Positions 1 through 13,247 of a stretch of 64,000 nt of DNA are shown piece by piece (within the stretch, counting starts at the first letter, position 1; the number at the start of each line of letters is the position of its first letter). Below the pieces are notes generated by a model that saw only the letters and a list, made by a program, of their open reading frames with translations, was not told the origin of the DNA and made no database searches. The position numbers and the translations under genes are program-made. The DNA is taken from contig OZ218955.1 of assembly GCA_965112735.1 (NCBI GenBank), forward strand, positions 2,604,001 to 2,668,000, written 5' to 3'. Source of the DNA: Phaeosaccion multiseriatum (lineage: Eukaryota > Protista > Ochrophyta, other classes).

Positions 1-677
1 TTGCCACAAGGCCCTACCCTTTGCAGTAGGGCTACAGCACCATGTAGAGTGACTGTTACAGTACGGTACATGTAGAGTGGCTGTGGCATGGTGGTGGTAC
101 ACAGCCCCACAGACTCACAGACTCCTCACAATAAGCACGAGGGGCGGTGGAGGTTCGCAGCACAGAGAGGAGAGGCGCCTCCCCCACCCTCCCCCTCGCC
201 GAGGCCTCGCTGAGGGAGGTTCGAAAGAAACTCGAGTCTGGGACGCTGGATACACACTGTTGGTGGCTGTGTGGGGAGGGGGGAGGGGGGAGGGGGGAGG
301 GGGGGAGGGCGAGGTTCTAAAGAGTCAAAGACAGAGGGACGCTGCTGAAGAGCCGTGTCAGCACAGCGACCCCCCCCCCCCCATCTGGCCTTTCTTTGAA
401 TGAAGACTAATGACAAAATATATGTATATATAATATTTCGAAGTATAATTGTTTTAACATGCACCCTTTTGTCTTGTGTTGTCCATATATCAGGCGCCCT
501 TGGGGACACATCCCACCCCACACCCCACATGCCTGAAGCTTAGTTAGGTTTGGTGTGTTATGTAGTCTCTCTTGTGTTGTCTTTTGTCCTACTCAACATC
601 TAAAATGATGACAGGATGACAGATGGCAGTTCATCTAAAATCATTCCAACAAATGGCAGGCAGTCTCTGCTCAACAT

Positions 678-3600
678 CTAAAATGATGACAGGAGATGGC
701 AGTCTCTACAGCGCCACACGTGCGCCGTCTCGAGCGAGGAAAGGTTCTCCTCTTCCTTCTCCCCTGCGCAAGAGGTGTGAAACCACTTACCACACCCTGC
801 CTCCCCACCTTCTCCACCCTCCCCCCCGCATCGTATCAGCTGTGCCGTTGGCTCACGAGAGTCCCCGCACACGCTGCACGGCTGCTTCTCTGCTCCACGC
901 CCTTCTCCCTCCTCCCCCTCAGACGAGCCCTTCTCCTCTCCTTCCTCTCCTGGTGGCACCTTCGAGGACTCTTTCCCCTCTCCTGCTGGTGATGACTCTG
1001 GATGCTCCACGCTATCCAGGTCCGCAGCAGAAAGCGGAGACGTCGTGAATCCCTTACCCTTGCCCTTACCCTTCCGCTTCTTCTTCCTTCCTCCTCTCCT
1101 CCCCTTCCCGCCTCTCCCTGTTGCTCCCATTGTTACCCCCATCGTCGCTCCCATTGTTGATTCCATGCCTCCTTCCGGCTCTCCTCCTCCCTCTTCTTCT
1201 CCTCCTCCTGCTGCTGCTGCTGCTGCTGCGGTCGCGTTAGCGTCCACTGCCTGTTCAACTTCCTCCCCCTGTTTTCCCTCTTCATGCTCCTCCTTCTCTG
1301 CTGCTGCTGCTGCTGCTGCGGCGGGCGTGTTAGCTTCCACTGCCTGTTCAACTTCCTCCCCCTGTTTTCCCTCTTCAACCTCCTCCTCCTTCTCTGCTAC
1401 TGCTGCGGGCGCGTTAGCTTCCACTGCCTGTTTAACTTCCTCCTCCTGTTTTCCCTCTTCACCCTCCTCCTTGTCGCTGCCTGTTGCTGCTGCTGCTGCG
1501 GGTGTGTTACCTTTTACTGCCTGTCCTCCCCCCTGTTTCCCCTCTTCACCCTGCTCCTCCTTCTCCCCCTCCTTGTCGCTGGCTCCTGCTTCTGCGGCGG
1601 GCGTGTTAGCTTCCACTGCCTGTTCAACTTCCTCCCCCTCTTTTCCCTCTTCACCCTCCTCCTCCTTCTCTGCTGCTGCTGCGGGCGCGTTAGCTTCCAC
1701 TGCCTGTTCAACTTCCTCCCCCTGTTCTCCCTCTTCACCCTCCTCCTTGTCGCTGCCTGTTGCTGCTGCTGCTGCCGACGCGCCACCTTCCACTGCCTCT
1801 CCTTCGCCCTGTTTGCTCTCCTCCTCGTCCTCCTCCTTGTCGCTGCCGTCCCGATCAATGGACATGGACATAGAGAGGGTGCTGCCTGCCCCCTTCCCTG
1901 TGTCTGAGAAGCACGCCGCGTCATATACAGTCCTCTCCCACTCCTCATTCTCTGCCCCCCCTCCTTCTGCCTCCCCCCCTCCCTCTCCCTTCCCCTCTCC
2001 CCCTCCTCCTGCTTCCCCTGTCTCCCCTGTCTCCCCTGTCTGCCCTGCCTCGCCTCCGTCTCCCTCCCCTTCGTCTTCCTCGTCGCCGAAGATGCTTGTC
2101 ACAGTCAATGCATTCTTCTCTTCTCCGTCGTCGTTGCCGTCGTCGTTGTCGTTGTCGTCTTCGTCGTCGTTTGCGGTCTTTCCGAGAGCAAAGAAAGGGA
2201 ATAGCTCCTCGTCCCCTTCAGAGGGGAGAGAGAGGGGCCCTTCCTTGTGTGTGTCCTCCAGCTTGGTGTCCACCTTGGACACCTCGAACTTCTTCCCGCC
2301 TGTATCTGCCTCCTCGCCCTCCTTCTTACCCTCCTCTTCGGCGTCGGTCGTCTCCTCAGCTTCCTCCTTCTCCTCCTTTCCCTCGCCCTCCTTCTTACCC
2401 GCCTCTTTCAAGTCTGTATTTTCCTTCTCCTCCTCAGCTTCGTCCTTCGTCGCCTCGCCCTTCTTCACGCCTGCGTCTCCCTCGCCTTCCTTCTTGCCCC
2501 CTGCTTCCGCATCGGCCTCTGCCTGCACCTTCTCCTCCTGCTCTTCCTGCTTCTCTGCTAGCTCATCTCCCTCCACCACCGTTGGCTCCACACCATCCCC
2601 ATTACTCACATCTTTCACCACATCTTCTGATGGAGCACATGTGTAGTACAGGTTCAGATTCTCCGCACCTTCCCCCTCCCCTTGCTCCCCTTGCTCCTCC
2701 TTCTTCCCCTCTCTCTCCTTGCGCTTCGCCTCCTCCGCGTCTTTCCGTGCCCGCTCTCTAAGCGCGATGACCCACTCCCCCTTGTTGAGGTCAGCGTTCT
2801 TCTCCTTCGACGCCAACGCTGGCCCCTCCCCCCTGCCCCCAGCGGCCTTTGCGTCTCTTGACGCGTCCTTGTCCTTCCGAGGACTGCCCCCCCCAGTGCC
2901 CCTGAGCAGCGCCTGCACCCCCCCGGCCCCCTCCGCTTCCCCGTCAGCTGTGGACCCTCCCTTGCCCCCCTCGCTCTCCTCCTTCTCCTCCTTTTCGCTC
3001 TTCTCCTCAGCCGCCTTGGAAGGACTTCCGCCTCCTCCTCCGTCTCCTTCTTTTCCAGCGGCCGCCGCTGCTGCGCCCTGAGCGGCCTCTGCCAAGCTCT
3101 TTGTGGAGTCGCCGCTGCCTGCTGCTGCAGCTGCTGCTGGACTCTTGCTACTCTTGCTGCCGCTGCCGCCCCCACTCGCCCTCCTCTTGCCGTGCTTGCC
3201 CCCTCCCCCCTCCTTGCCGTCCTTGCCCGCCTCCTTTGCTAACTTGGCCTCTTTGTCAGCCCTCTCCTTCTTCTCTCTCTTCTCCTGCGCCTTGCGCTCT
3301 CTCTCCTTGGATTTCTCCTGCCTCTCCACGTGCTCTCGAGCCTGCGAATGGAGAGCCAACACAACACGCGCAGGACAGAGAGCGGGTACATACCGTACAG
3401 CTGAGTACACCTGAGCCGACCTTCCCCTCTCCAGTCGAAGCCACTTCACTCCACTCCACCCCACTCCTCCTCCTCCTCCTCCTCCTCCTCCTCCTCCTCC
3501 TCCTCCTCCTCCGCCTCCTCCTCCCCCCATCTCCTTCTCCGTCACCCCCTCCTCAAGCGAGCTCACTCACTCACTCACTCACTCACTCACCTCATCAAAG

Positions 3601-6600
3601 ACAAGAATGAACTTGTGAAGAGTGCTGAACAAGTAAGCGGGGGTGTGTTCGGGGTTCTCACCGAAGTACTCAATCACGCCCTGGGGGAGAGGGAGAGCGA
3701 GGAGGAGCAGAGGGAGGAGGAGGAGGAGGAGGAGGAGGAGGAGGAGGAGGAGGAGGAGGAGAAAGGGGAGGAGGGGGGACGGGGGGCAGGTCAGGTCTGG
3801 ACAGAAGAGCAGAGGGGTGAGAAACACTGTGCACCTCCCGTCCATATTGCAAGAGGGCACTATTCTCGGCACCAAAAGTAATAGGCCAGCAAAACACAGC
3901 CACCACCGCACCCTACTCACGCACCTTGAACCCCTCCTGCATGCCCTCAATCATCTTCTTGGACGCCTCGAGTTTGCTCTCTGCATCTCTTAAGAACAGC
4001 GCAAGCTTCACGCGCCGGTCCTTCAGCGGGTCCACAGCAGGAAGGTCCTCGGGCAGACGCATGGGGCTTTTGCTCCTACTCCTCGTGCTGCTCTTGAGCC
4101 GCCCACGGTCAAGCGGGTTCTCTTTCTCCTTCTCTTTCTCCTCCGAGGCGCCGTCGCTCACCTCGCGTCCCCCCCTCTCCCCCTCGTCCTTGCCCTTCTG
4201 CTGGCCCTTTTCGTCCCCCTTCTCCTCCTCCTCCTCCTCCTCCTCCTCCTCGCCGCTCTCCTTCTTGAGCTTGGAGCCATCCTTGGGCCCAAATCTGGAT
4301 CCAACTTTGGGGGACTTGTCTGTGGAGCCTGGTCTTGGAGATGCCCCCCCTGCACTATCAAAGTGCACCAAAACAGGGCCGCTAGGAGCTGAGAGCACAT
4401 GGGTGAGAGAGAGAGAGTGAGTGAGTATGAGGTAAGACAGACAGAGAGAAGAGGGGGAGAAAGAGAGAAAGACGATCAGAGCAGCGTCAGTGGCAGGCAG
4501 CAGCAGGTACAAAAGCACAGGCGCACTTTCAACCGAGGCAAGGAGGCAACGCAAGGGGATGAAACACACACGCACGCACTGTCACGCACGGCACGCACGA
4601 ACGGCGGCACGCAAGCACAACGAACCCCACACCTCCACACCTCGCACCTTCGTCTCCTCCTCCTCCTCCTCCTCCTCCGGTAGGGGTGAGGGCGGCGGTG
4701 CGCGGCTCAGACTTCATGGCGGCAAGGAGTCTCACCGCGCCGCTCCTCCTCGGGGTGCTGCCCGTGAGCGCAGCGCTGAGCAGCTCCGGGTCGGGCTGGA
4801 GCTCCTCGTCTTCGCTGACCATGTCCTTCAGTTTGGCGTACTCGCGTTCTAGACCCTGTTGCTCGGCCACAATGCTGTTGTAGGCATATAGGGAAAGGCG
4901 TATGGGTATGGGCAAAAGGTGTATGGGTTAGGGCAGGCATATGGGCAGGCAAGGGGGAGGCGTAGAGAATGCCTACGGTGGGCAGGAAGATGGATGGGCA
5001 GGGCAGGGCAGGGCAGGACAGGACAGGACAGGACAGGACAGGACAGGGCAAGCAAGCACAGCTCCCCTCACCCCAACAACTGGACTTGACTCACGTGGAG
5101 ATGAGGTAGCGGCTTGCTGGGAACACAAGGTCCAGGTCCTCCTTGAAACCCAGCAGCGGCTTGCTAAAGGCGCCCCCAGCCGCAGCATGCCCTCCCCCTT
5201 CCATGACGCGCCCTTCCCCCGAGGTCCCGCCACCCGGGGTCTGCACCCCCTGCACGCGGGCATCATGTCGCTTGACCAAGATGACGAGGTAGTGGAGGAT
5301 GGAGGTGCGCCCATCAAAGGCCTTGGAGGAGCTAAGGTTGAGTAGAAGGTCCAGGGTGAAGCCGTGTGTCTCCTTCTGATTGAGTTCGTTGCCCACCTTG
5401 AGGATAATGCCGAGGAGACGCTTCAGTCGGTACGAGGTGGTGACCTGCGAGGGAGTGGGTGAGTGGGAGTGGGTGGGTGGCAGTGGGTGGATGGGATGAG
5501 TGAGTGAGTGAGTGAGTGAGGGAAGGGAGGGACGTGAGTGTACGAGTGAGTGTGTGCCGTTCATGCGCTCGTTCGGAAGTGTCGGACCTGTGTGCACGCC
5601 TTGCTGATGGTGGCCGCGTCGTTGAGCATTGAGGAGAGCCTCTCTGCGAAGGCATGCCTGAACACCATAGACTTGAGCCGCACCACCCTGTTGGGCACCT
5701 TCACCATCTCCAGCATAAACCTGGGGTATAGAGGGGGAGGGGGGGGGGGTGGCAGATCAAGGGCAGGAGGAGGGACGTGAGGTACTGCTCTCTCTCTCTA
5801 TGTATATATAACTCTCTCTTTCTGAGACACACCACTTTACCACTGGATCTCTGACTTACTGGTCGGCCTTGGCAAGCAGCTTAGGGTCTCCTGTGTAGGC
5901 CTTGAGCGTGCTCTCCTCCTCCTTGTCGGGCATGAAAGCGATGAGCGATTGGCATTGCTCCACGTGCAGCTCCGAGATGTCCAGGCAGCGCACGGCCTGA
6001 GAGACGAGGGATAGGAGGAAGGGCAGGAGGAGGAGGAGGAGGAGGAGGAGGGACAGGAAGAGGAGGAGGAGGAGGAGGAGCAGGAGGAGGAGGGGGAGCA
6101 GGACGAGGAGGAGGAGCACCGGGAGGGGGAGGGCGAGACAGGGACACGCATGGTAGGAAGGAGCAAGGGGAAGGGGTGAGGGAGTGCGCGATCACTTGTT
6201 TCCTCTCCATGCATGCGTCGATGGATTGGAGCGTGTTCGAGGGAGGGTCTTGCATTCCTTGCATGACAGTACCTCGCGCATTTGCTCGTAGGTGAGTTTG
6301 ATGCGGGCAATAGCGATGCCGGTGTTCATGGCGCGTTTGCCGTCGATGAGAGAGATCTCCTTGGGTTTCTTGTCTTCCTTCTTCTCCACCTAGTTGGGTA
6401 GTAAGTCCGTGAGAGGGTGCACAGATGGATGAAAAGAACATACAGAGACATACAGAGAGGTAGGGCACACAGAGGCATATGGGCAGACAGTCAGCTCAAC
6501 ACGCTTTAAAGCTGCCTTCCCTCCTTCCTTCCCTCCCCTCTCTCTCCCCTCCTCCCTTCCTCTGTATCACCAACTCGCTCACCTTCTTCTTCTCCTTCTT

Positions 6601-9600
6601 CTGCCCGACCTTCTCCACGAAGAGCTCCTCGAACTCCTTCATGTCGATCTCCACATTGGTAAGCTCATCCTCTGCCTGTACCTGGTGTCAGTCAGACAGA
6701 CAGATAAGAGGCGTAGGGTCAGACAGCCAGTCAGTCAGTCAGTCAGTGAGTGAGTGAGTCAGTCAGCCAAACAGTCACTCAGTCCATAAGTCAGTCAAAC
6801 AGTCAGTAAGTCGTGTCAGTCAGTCGGTTGTGACAGTCAGTCAGTCAGTCCGTCCGTCATTCAGTCAGTCAGTCTTCAGTTAGTCAATCAATCAGTCAGT
6901 CAGCCCCAGCCAGTCAGTTCAGTCAGTCACTCAGACAGTACCTTGGCCCAGAGAGAGTTCTCTGACGGCTGCCGGGCCGCCACAAAGTGCAGCTTACGCC
7001 TTTTCTCCTGCGAAGGGGGTGAGAAGCACAGAGGGAAGAGGGGGGGAATAGGCAGAGGGGGCAGAGGGAGGGAGGGGAAGAAGGGGATGAAGGGGTGAGA
7101 GGCAACATAGCGTGATACGTATCACCAACACAGATACATACCTTAGGGATGACGACCTTCGCTCTTCCTGGCACAGGAGGCGGCGCCCCCCCTCCCTTCT
7201 TCCCAAAGGGCAGCCCGCCCCCTATACCACCCTTCCCCTTGAGCAAGCCTGGTGGGGGGGGCGGAATACCCTTGCCGAGTAGTCCCGGGGGCGGTGGGGG
7301 AATTCCGTTGCCAAGTAGCCCCGGTGGAGGAGGGGGGATGCCCGGCAGCGGGGTTGCTCCTGCTGTTGCTCCTGCTGCTGCTCCTGGGGCCGGTATCTGC
7401 TTGTCTGGGTCGTCCAATAATGCCGCATCGAGCTTCTCAGCCCCCATCTTCATCACCACAGCTCCTCTCGGAGTCCCCACCTTCAGCATCTTGAAAAACT
7501 TGGCATAGTCTGGATGGTCCTTTGCTGCCACAGTAGCAGGGCTTGCTGCTGCTGCTGCTGCTGCTCCCGGAGCCGGTATCTGCTTGTCTGGGTCGTCCAA
7601 TAATGCCGCATCGAGACTCTCAGCCCCCATCTTCATCACCACAGCTCCTCTCGGAGTCCCCACCTTCAGCATCTTGAAAAACTTTGCATAGTCTGGATGG
7701 TCCTTTGCTGCCACAGTAGCAGGGCCTGCTGCTGCTGCTGCTGCTCCCGGAGCCGCTATCTGCTTGTCTGGGTCGTCCAATAATGCCACATCGAGATTCT
7801 CAGCCCCCATCTTCATCACCACAGCTCCTCTCGGAGTCCCCACCTTCAGCATCTTGAAAAACTTTGCATAGTCAGGGTGGTCCTTTGCTGCCACAGTAGC
7901 AGGGCCTGCTGCTGCTGCTGCTGCTCCCGGAGCCGCTATCTGCTTGTCTGGGTCGTCCAATAATGCCACATCGAGATTCTCAGCCCCCATCTTCATCACC
8001 ACAGCTCCTCTCGGAGTCCCCACCTTCAGCATCTTGAAAAACTTGGCATAGTCAGGGTGGTCCTTTGCTGCCACAGTAGCAGGGCCTGCTGCTGCTGCTC
8101 CCGGAGCCGGTATCTGCTTGTCTGGGTCGTCAAGCAATGCCGCATCGAGATTCTCAGCCCCCATCTTCATCACCACAGCTCCTCTCGGAGTCCCCACCTT
8201 CAGCATCTTGAAAAACTTTGCATAGTCTGGATGGTCCTTTGCTGCCACGGTAGCTGGGCCGGCTGCTGCTTCTGCTACTGCCTCTCCCGCTCCTGGCGCC
8301 GGTATCTGCTTCTCGGGATCGTCAAGCAATGCCGCATCGAGATTCTCAGCCCCCATCTTCATCACCACAGCTCCTCTCGGAGTCCCCACCTTCAGCATCT
8401 TGAAAAATTTCGCATAGTCAGGGTGGTCCTTTGCCGCCACAGTAGCAGGGCCTGCTGCTGCTCCCGCTCCTGGCGCCGGTATCTGCTTGTCTGGGTCGTC
8501 CAATAATGCCGCATCGAGATTCTCAGCCCCCATCTTCATCACCACAGCTCCTCTCGGAGTCCCCACCTTCAGCATCTTGAAAAACTTCGCATAGTCAGGG
8601 TGGTCCTTTGCTGCCACAGTAGCAGGGCCTGCTGCTGCTGCTCCCGGAGCCGCTATCTGCTTGTCTGGGTCGTCCAATAATGCCTCATCGAGATTCTCAG
8701 CCCCCATCTTCAACACCACAGCTCCTCTCGGAGTCCCCACCTTCAACATCTTGAAAAACTTTGCATAGTCTGGATGGTCCTTTACTGCCACAGTACCTGG
8801 GCCGGCTGCTGCTTCTGCTGCTGCTCCCGCTCCTGGTGCCGGTATCTGCTTGTCTGGGTCGTCAAGCAATGCCGCATCGAGATTCTCAGTCCCCATCTTC
8901 AACACCACAGCTCCTCTCGGAGTCCCCACCTTCAGCATCTTGAAAAACTTTGCATAATCAGGGTGGTCCTTTGCCGCCACAGTAGCCGGGCCTCCTCCTC
9001 CTCCTGGTGCTGCTGCTCCTCCTGGTGCTGCTCCTGCTCCTGCCGCAGCTCCTGATACCAATCCTGCCGCTCCAGCCGGAATCTGCTTGTCGGGGTCGTC
9101 CAGCAAGGCAGGGTCTATATTCTCGGCCCTCATCTTATTCTCCACCACCGCCTTCGGAGCGCCCACCTTCAGTATCTTGAAGAACTTTGCCAAATCAGGA
9201 TGATCCTTCGCTGCCACCATAGGCACAGCAGCCCAAGGGGGAGGGCTGGAGGGAGGCGCGCAGCCTTCTGGGGCGGTTAGCTGAGCATCCGGCGTGTCTA
9301 AGACGGACGCATCCAGGCCTTCCGCTGCCATCTTGTGAGCTACTGCCCCCTGCGGCAGCCCCACCTTAAGCATGCGGAAGAATTTCTCGTAAGTGGGGTG
9401 ATCCTTCGCACACATCGTAGCCTGTATCACTGGTGCTGGTGCTGGTGCTGGTGCTGGTGCTGGGGACAATACAACGCCACCCAAAGCAGTAGCCCCCAGA
9501 GCAGACGACGTTGCCGCTGCGAAACCCTCCGGTGCTGGCAGTTGAGCGCTCGGATCATCCAACACGGAGGCGTCATCATCATCCTCTGACAGCAACCCCT

Positions 9601-12600
9601 CGGCCCTCATCTTGTTCACTACTGCGCCCCGTGGCGTGCCCACCTTGAGCATCTTGAAGAACCTTGCATAGTCAGGGTGGTCCTTTGCACTGATAGTCGT
9701 TGACAGGGAGGGAGGGGGCGCCTCCTCGATCGCTGCTTTCTCCGTCGGTGCTGCACCCGCGGTGCCGCCTGCTGCCATCCCAGAGCCCTCACCGCCCCTC
9801 CCTCCTCCTCCTCCTCCTCCTCCTCCTCCTCCTCCTCCTCCCCCACCGCCGCCACTCTGATTGGTCATCATCTGTATGAACTGCTCCGGCGTCAAGCCCA
9901 TCTTTCGCATGTGAGACGCGAGGGCCTGAATGTCTCCTTGGAGGGTGTTGGAAAGATCGATCTTCTTGCCGTCTCCCTCTGCCCCGCCTGCCCCCTCTCC
10001 CTCCCCTGCCCTAGCCACCTCGCCATCGGTGGAGTCTGGTTCCGGCCCCCCAAGCGCCGAACCGGGGGCTGCCAGGGTTTCCCCGAAGTCAATCTGCACG
10101 GGGCTTGCTGCTTCTGGCTTCTTCTCTGGTGACATCATCACTTCACCCGATCCCCCCGACACCCCCGCCCCTACGATGCCCACCACTGACTTGCTCCTCC
10201 CTCCTCCGCCCCGCCGCCAACCCGCTGCTGCTGCCCCCACTATTCCCATTAGGCCTCCCACGGGTCCTCCTCCTCCTCCTCCTCCTCCTCCTGCCGCTGC
10301 ACCCGCCCCTGCTGCGTTGGCTATCGATTCCTTGTCTGCCTCTGCCCTCGCTCGGCTCGCTGCTGGTGATACCCCGTCCTGCTGCTCCATGAGAGGCGCA
10401 GCAGCAAAGCCTCCGGACGTCTCGAGCTCGCGAGAGGTGCGGGTGCAGCTGAGTTCAGCACTGCCGGGGGGAAAGGGGTGAGTGAGTGAGTCAGTGAGGG
10501 AGTGGATACGTGAGTCAGTGAGGGAGTGGATACGTGAGTGAGTGGGTGGGAGAGGGAGTGAGTGAGTACGCGCGTGAATGAGAGAGTGAGTGAGCTGGGT
10601 TCAGCGCTGCTGGGGGGAAGGGGGCAACAGCCGATATCAAGCAAGTCAGAGAGGTGGTGGCAAGGAAGGAACGGCCTGCAGCAGCGTAAGTGGCGCCTTT
10701 GACTGAACTTGCACACTCATATCTCCAGGAGTAGCACTGCCACAGTGCGTCAGACAACAAGACAGAGACAGCAGACAGAGAGACGGACGGACGGAGAGAG
10801 AGTGGGGCGGATCAAACACGCACACGAACACAACACAACATGCCCACATACCCACGCACGCACCTTGAGATCGGTGAATGCGTTCCTGACGCGTTGAGGG
10901 CCTTGGTCATTGTCGCACCCAACGACTCCTGCGGAGACTTCGACCTCGAAGAAGCTCTTGGAGACCTCGACCCGGAGTCCTTCGCTTCCTTCTTCTTCTT
11001 CGCCTTGTCCGCGAGGGGTGAGTATGGCGAGTGCGGGGAGTGTGGGGAAAAGTCACGGAAGAGTCTTCCTCGGGACGGAGGGGTGGCAGCAGAGGAGGGG
11101 GAGGCTTCCGCGCCCCTCCCTCTGCTGCCATCTGCCCCAGCAGCAGCGAAGGGGCTTGGGCCCGCCCCTGTCGCCGCCTCGGGGGTGTGCCGAGGGAAGT
11201 CACGGAAAAGCACCCCCCTTGGGGAGGCCACCTTTGATGCGTCGATACGATCCGTATCTAATGCTGCTCGCGTTAGGACAGGAAGGGAGAAGAGGGAGGG
11301 AGGGAGGGATGGAGGGGGGCAGGGGTAGGTGCTAAGTCCTGCATCCAAACTGCCTTGTTACACCCAAACTGTCGCGCAAGCGGTGGCACAGTAAACAAGA
11401 CCCACCACCATTCCCCAGAGGAGAAACACCGCAGTGAAAACCCCGTCTACTCGCCGCCACCCACACCCCCCTGGGGAGGCCACCCACCTGGAGTCGTCTG
11501 CTTCTTCGCTCCACTTCGCCCTGCCACATGCCCCCTCGGGCTTACCCCAGGGCTGAGCTCCTCTGCTCCCGTGGGAAAGAAAACAGATCCTCTTCCTCCT
11601 GCCCCTGTCGAAGCTGCCGAAGACGAACGTGCGGACCCCCCCAAAGACGAGTCCCGTCCTTCTCTGACACTATCCCCGCCTCCTAACGCCGTGGCAAGGT
11701 CTGCTTCCGCCTCCTCCCTGCAGGTGGGGCAAGACCACGAAGAGAACATCTTCCGAAGATACTGCTCGTGGTGCGTCTTTTCCGCTCGAGATGTGAGCCG
11801 GAAAGGAATCCTCTTCTCGCCAACGCAAAAGGTGTGATACTGCAGTCCTCCGCAGCGCCCACTGCACGTCACCAACTGATCCTTCTGTAGGGGGTCCTCA
11901 CACTCACAAGTGGAGCTTGCGCAGCGGAAGGAAGACGAGGCACCGATGGCCTTCGAGAGGGGCCGGGAGGAAGAGGACGAGGAGGAGGAAGCGGGCGGGG
12001 GAGACGTGGCAGCAGTGGCGGCCGTCCCCGCACTGGCCGCAGGAGACACAGGAGGGGACCGGCCGCTCCTCTTTGCATGTCTGACGGAGAGACTCGGTGA
12101 CCGCTTGGGAGAGCGAGCACCACTTGATGATGGCAATGCCTCTGGTGATGCCAGGGATAGTGCCGAGGCGCCCCCACCGAAGCTCGACGCCACTCGCTGC
12201 CGCCGCCCCTTGGAGGCAGCCACGCTGTCGGTCGCCCCCCCCCCCCCCGCCAGACGTGAGGGCGGCCTTCAGGCTAGACTTGGGCAGAGCCGGGGACAGA
12301 GAGCGGACGGCTGTGGCTTCGCTGCCACTGCCGCGGCCTCCGGTCCTAGACCCCGCCCCGCCCCCGCCCCCCCAGTGATCCCTGCTGCTACTGCTGCTGC
12401 TCCCATCACCCCCTTGCTTGACAATGCCCTGTATAGAGCGGCGTTGCCGATGCCCCCCTCCGCGGCTGATGAGAAAGTCGCTGCGTCGCCCCCCCTCCAG
12501 CGGTTGCGAGGGTGAGGGTGGGGCGGACGACTGCGGCGAGCTGCTTCCACTGCCATCGGTATCCAACTCCTCGTAATCATCATCGTCGTCCTCCTCTTCC

Positions 12601-13198
12601 TCCTCATCCTCCTCTTCCTCAGAGGAGCTCTCCATCGACACGCTCATACGCCCCGGTAGGTCCGTCTCCGTCATGAGCTCAATTGCCCCGTTCACGTTAT
12701 TGTTGGTGAGCTGCAGAGCCAGGGTGGAGGCCTGGGGAGGGTAGCCAATGCCCAGCAGCTTCTCAATCTTCTGAAGAGCAGGGTTCATGTAGTGGAAGCT
12801 GCTGATGTCTGCCAGACCCATCAGACACGCCTTGGCCCCGCCTGCCACATCCTCCCCTGACACCGGGCCGCTCACCCCTCTGCCCACGCCGTCGCCATCC
12901 TCATCGTTGCACATGATGAGCTGCAGGCTGAAGTCCTCTTCGTCCACCTGACCCTTGTAAGGAGGCATGAGGTCCACTCCGCTCAGCTTCACAATCACCA
13001 CGTTGCCTGAGATGAAGCCTTTTGGAAGTCGGGCAGAAGGGGTCAGTCAGAGGTGCGAGGAGGGAGGTGAGTGGTTGAGGGGTTGGGGAGATGAGGGTGG
13101 GGGGAGGGGCTTGACGTCATGGGGTTATGAAAGAAGTGGGGCGGCGAGCGGAGTGTATGAGAGAGTACAATGATAGGTGCTACTACTACTATTTACCA

Positions 13199-13247
<49 letters not shown>

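Noticed and set aside
1045-2646. Plus-strand 533-aa Ser-rich ORF
   Set aside because: Antisense shadow of the formin acidic tail.
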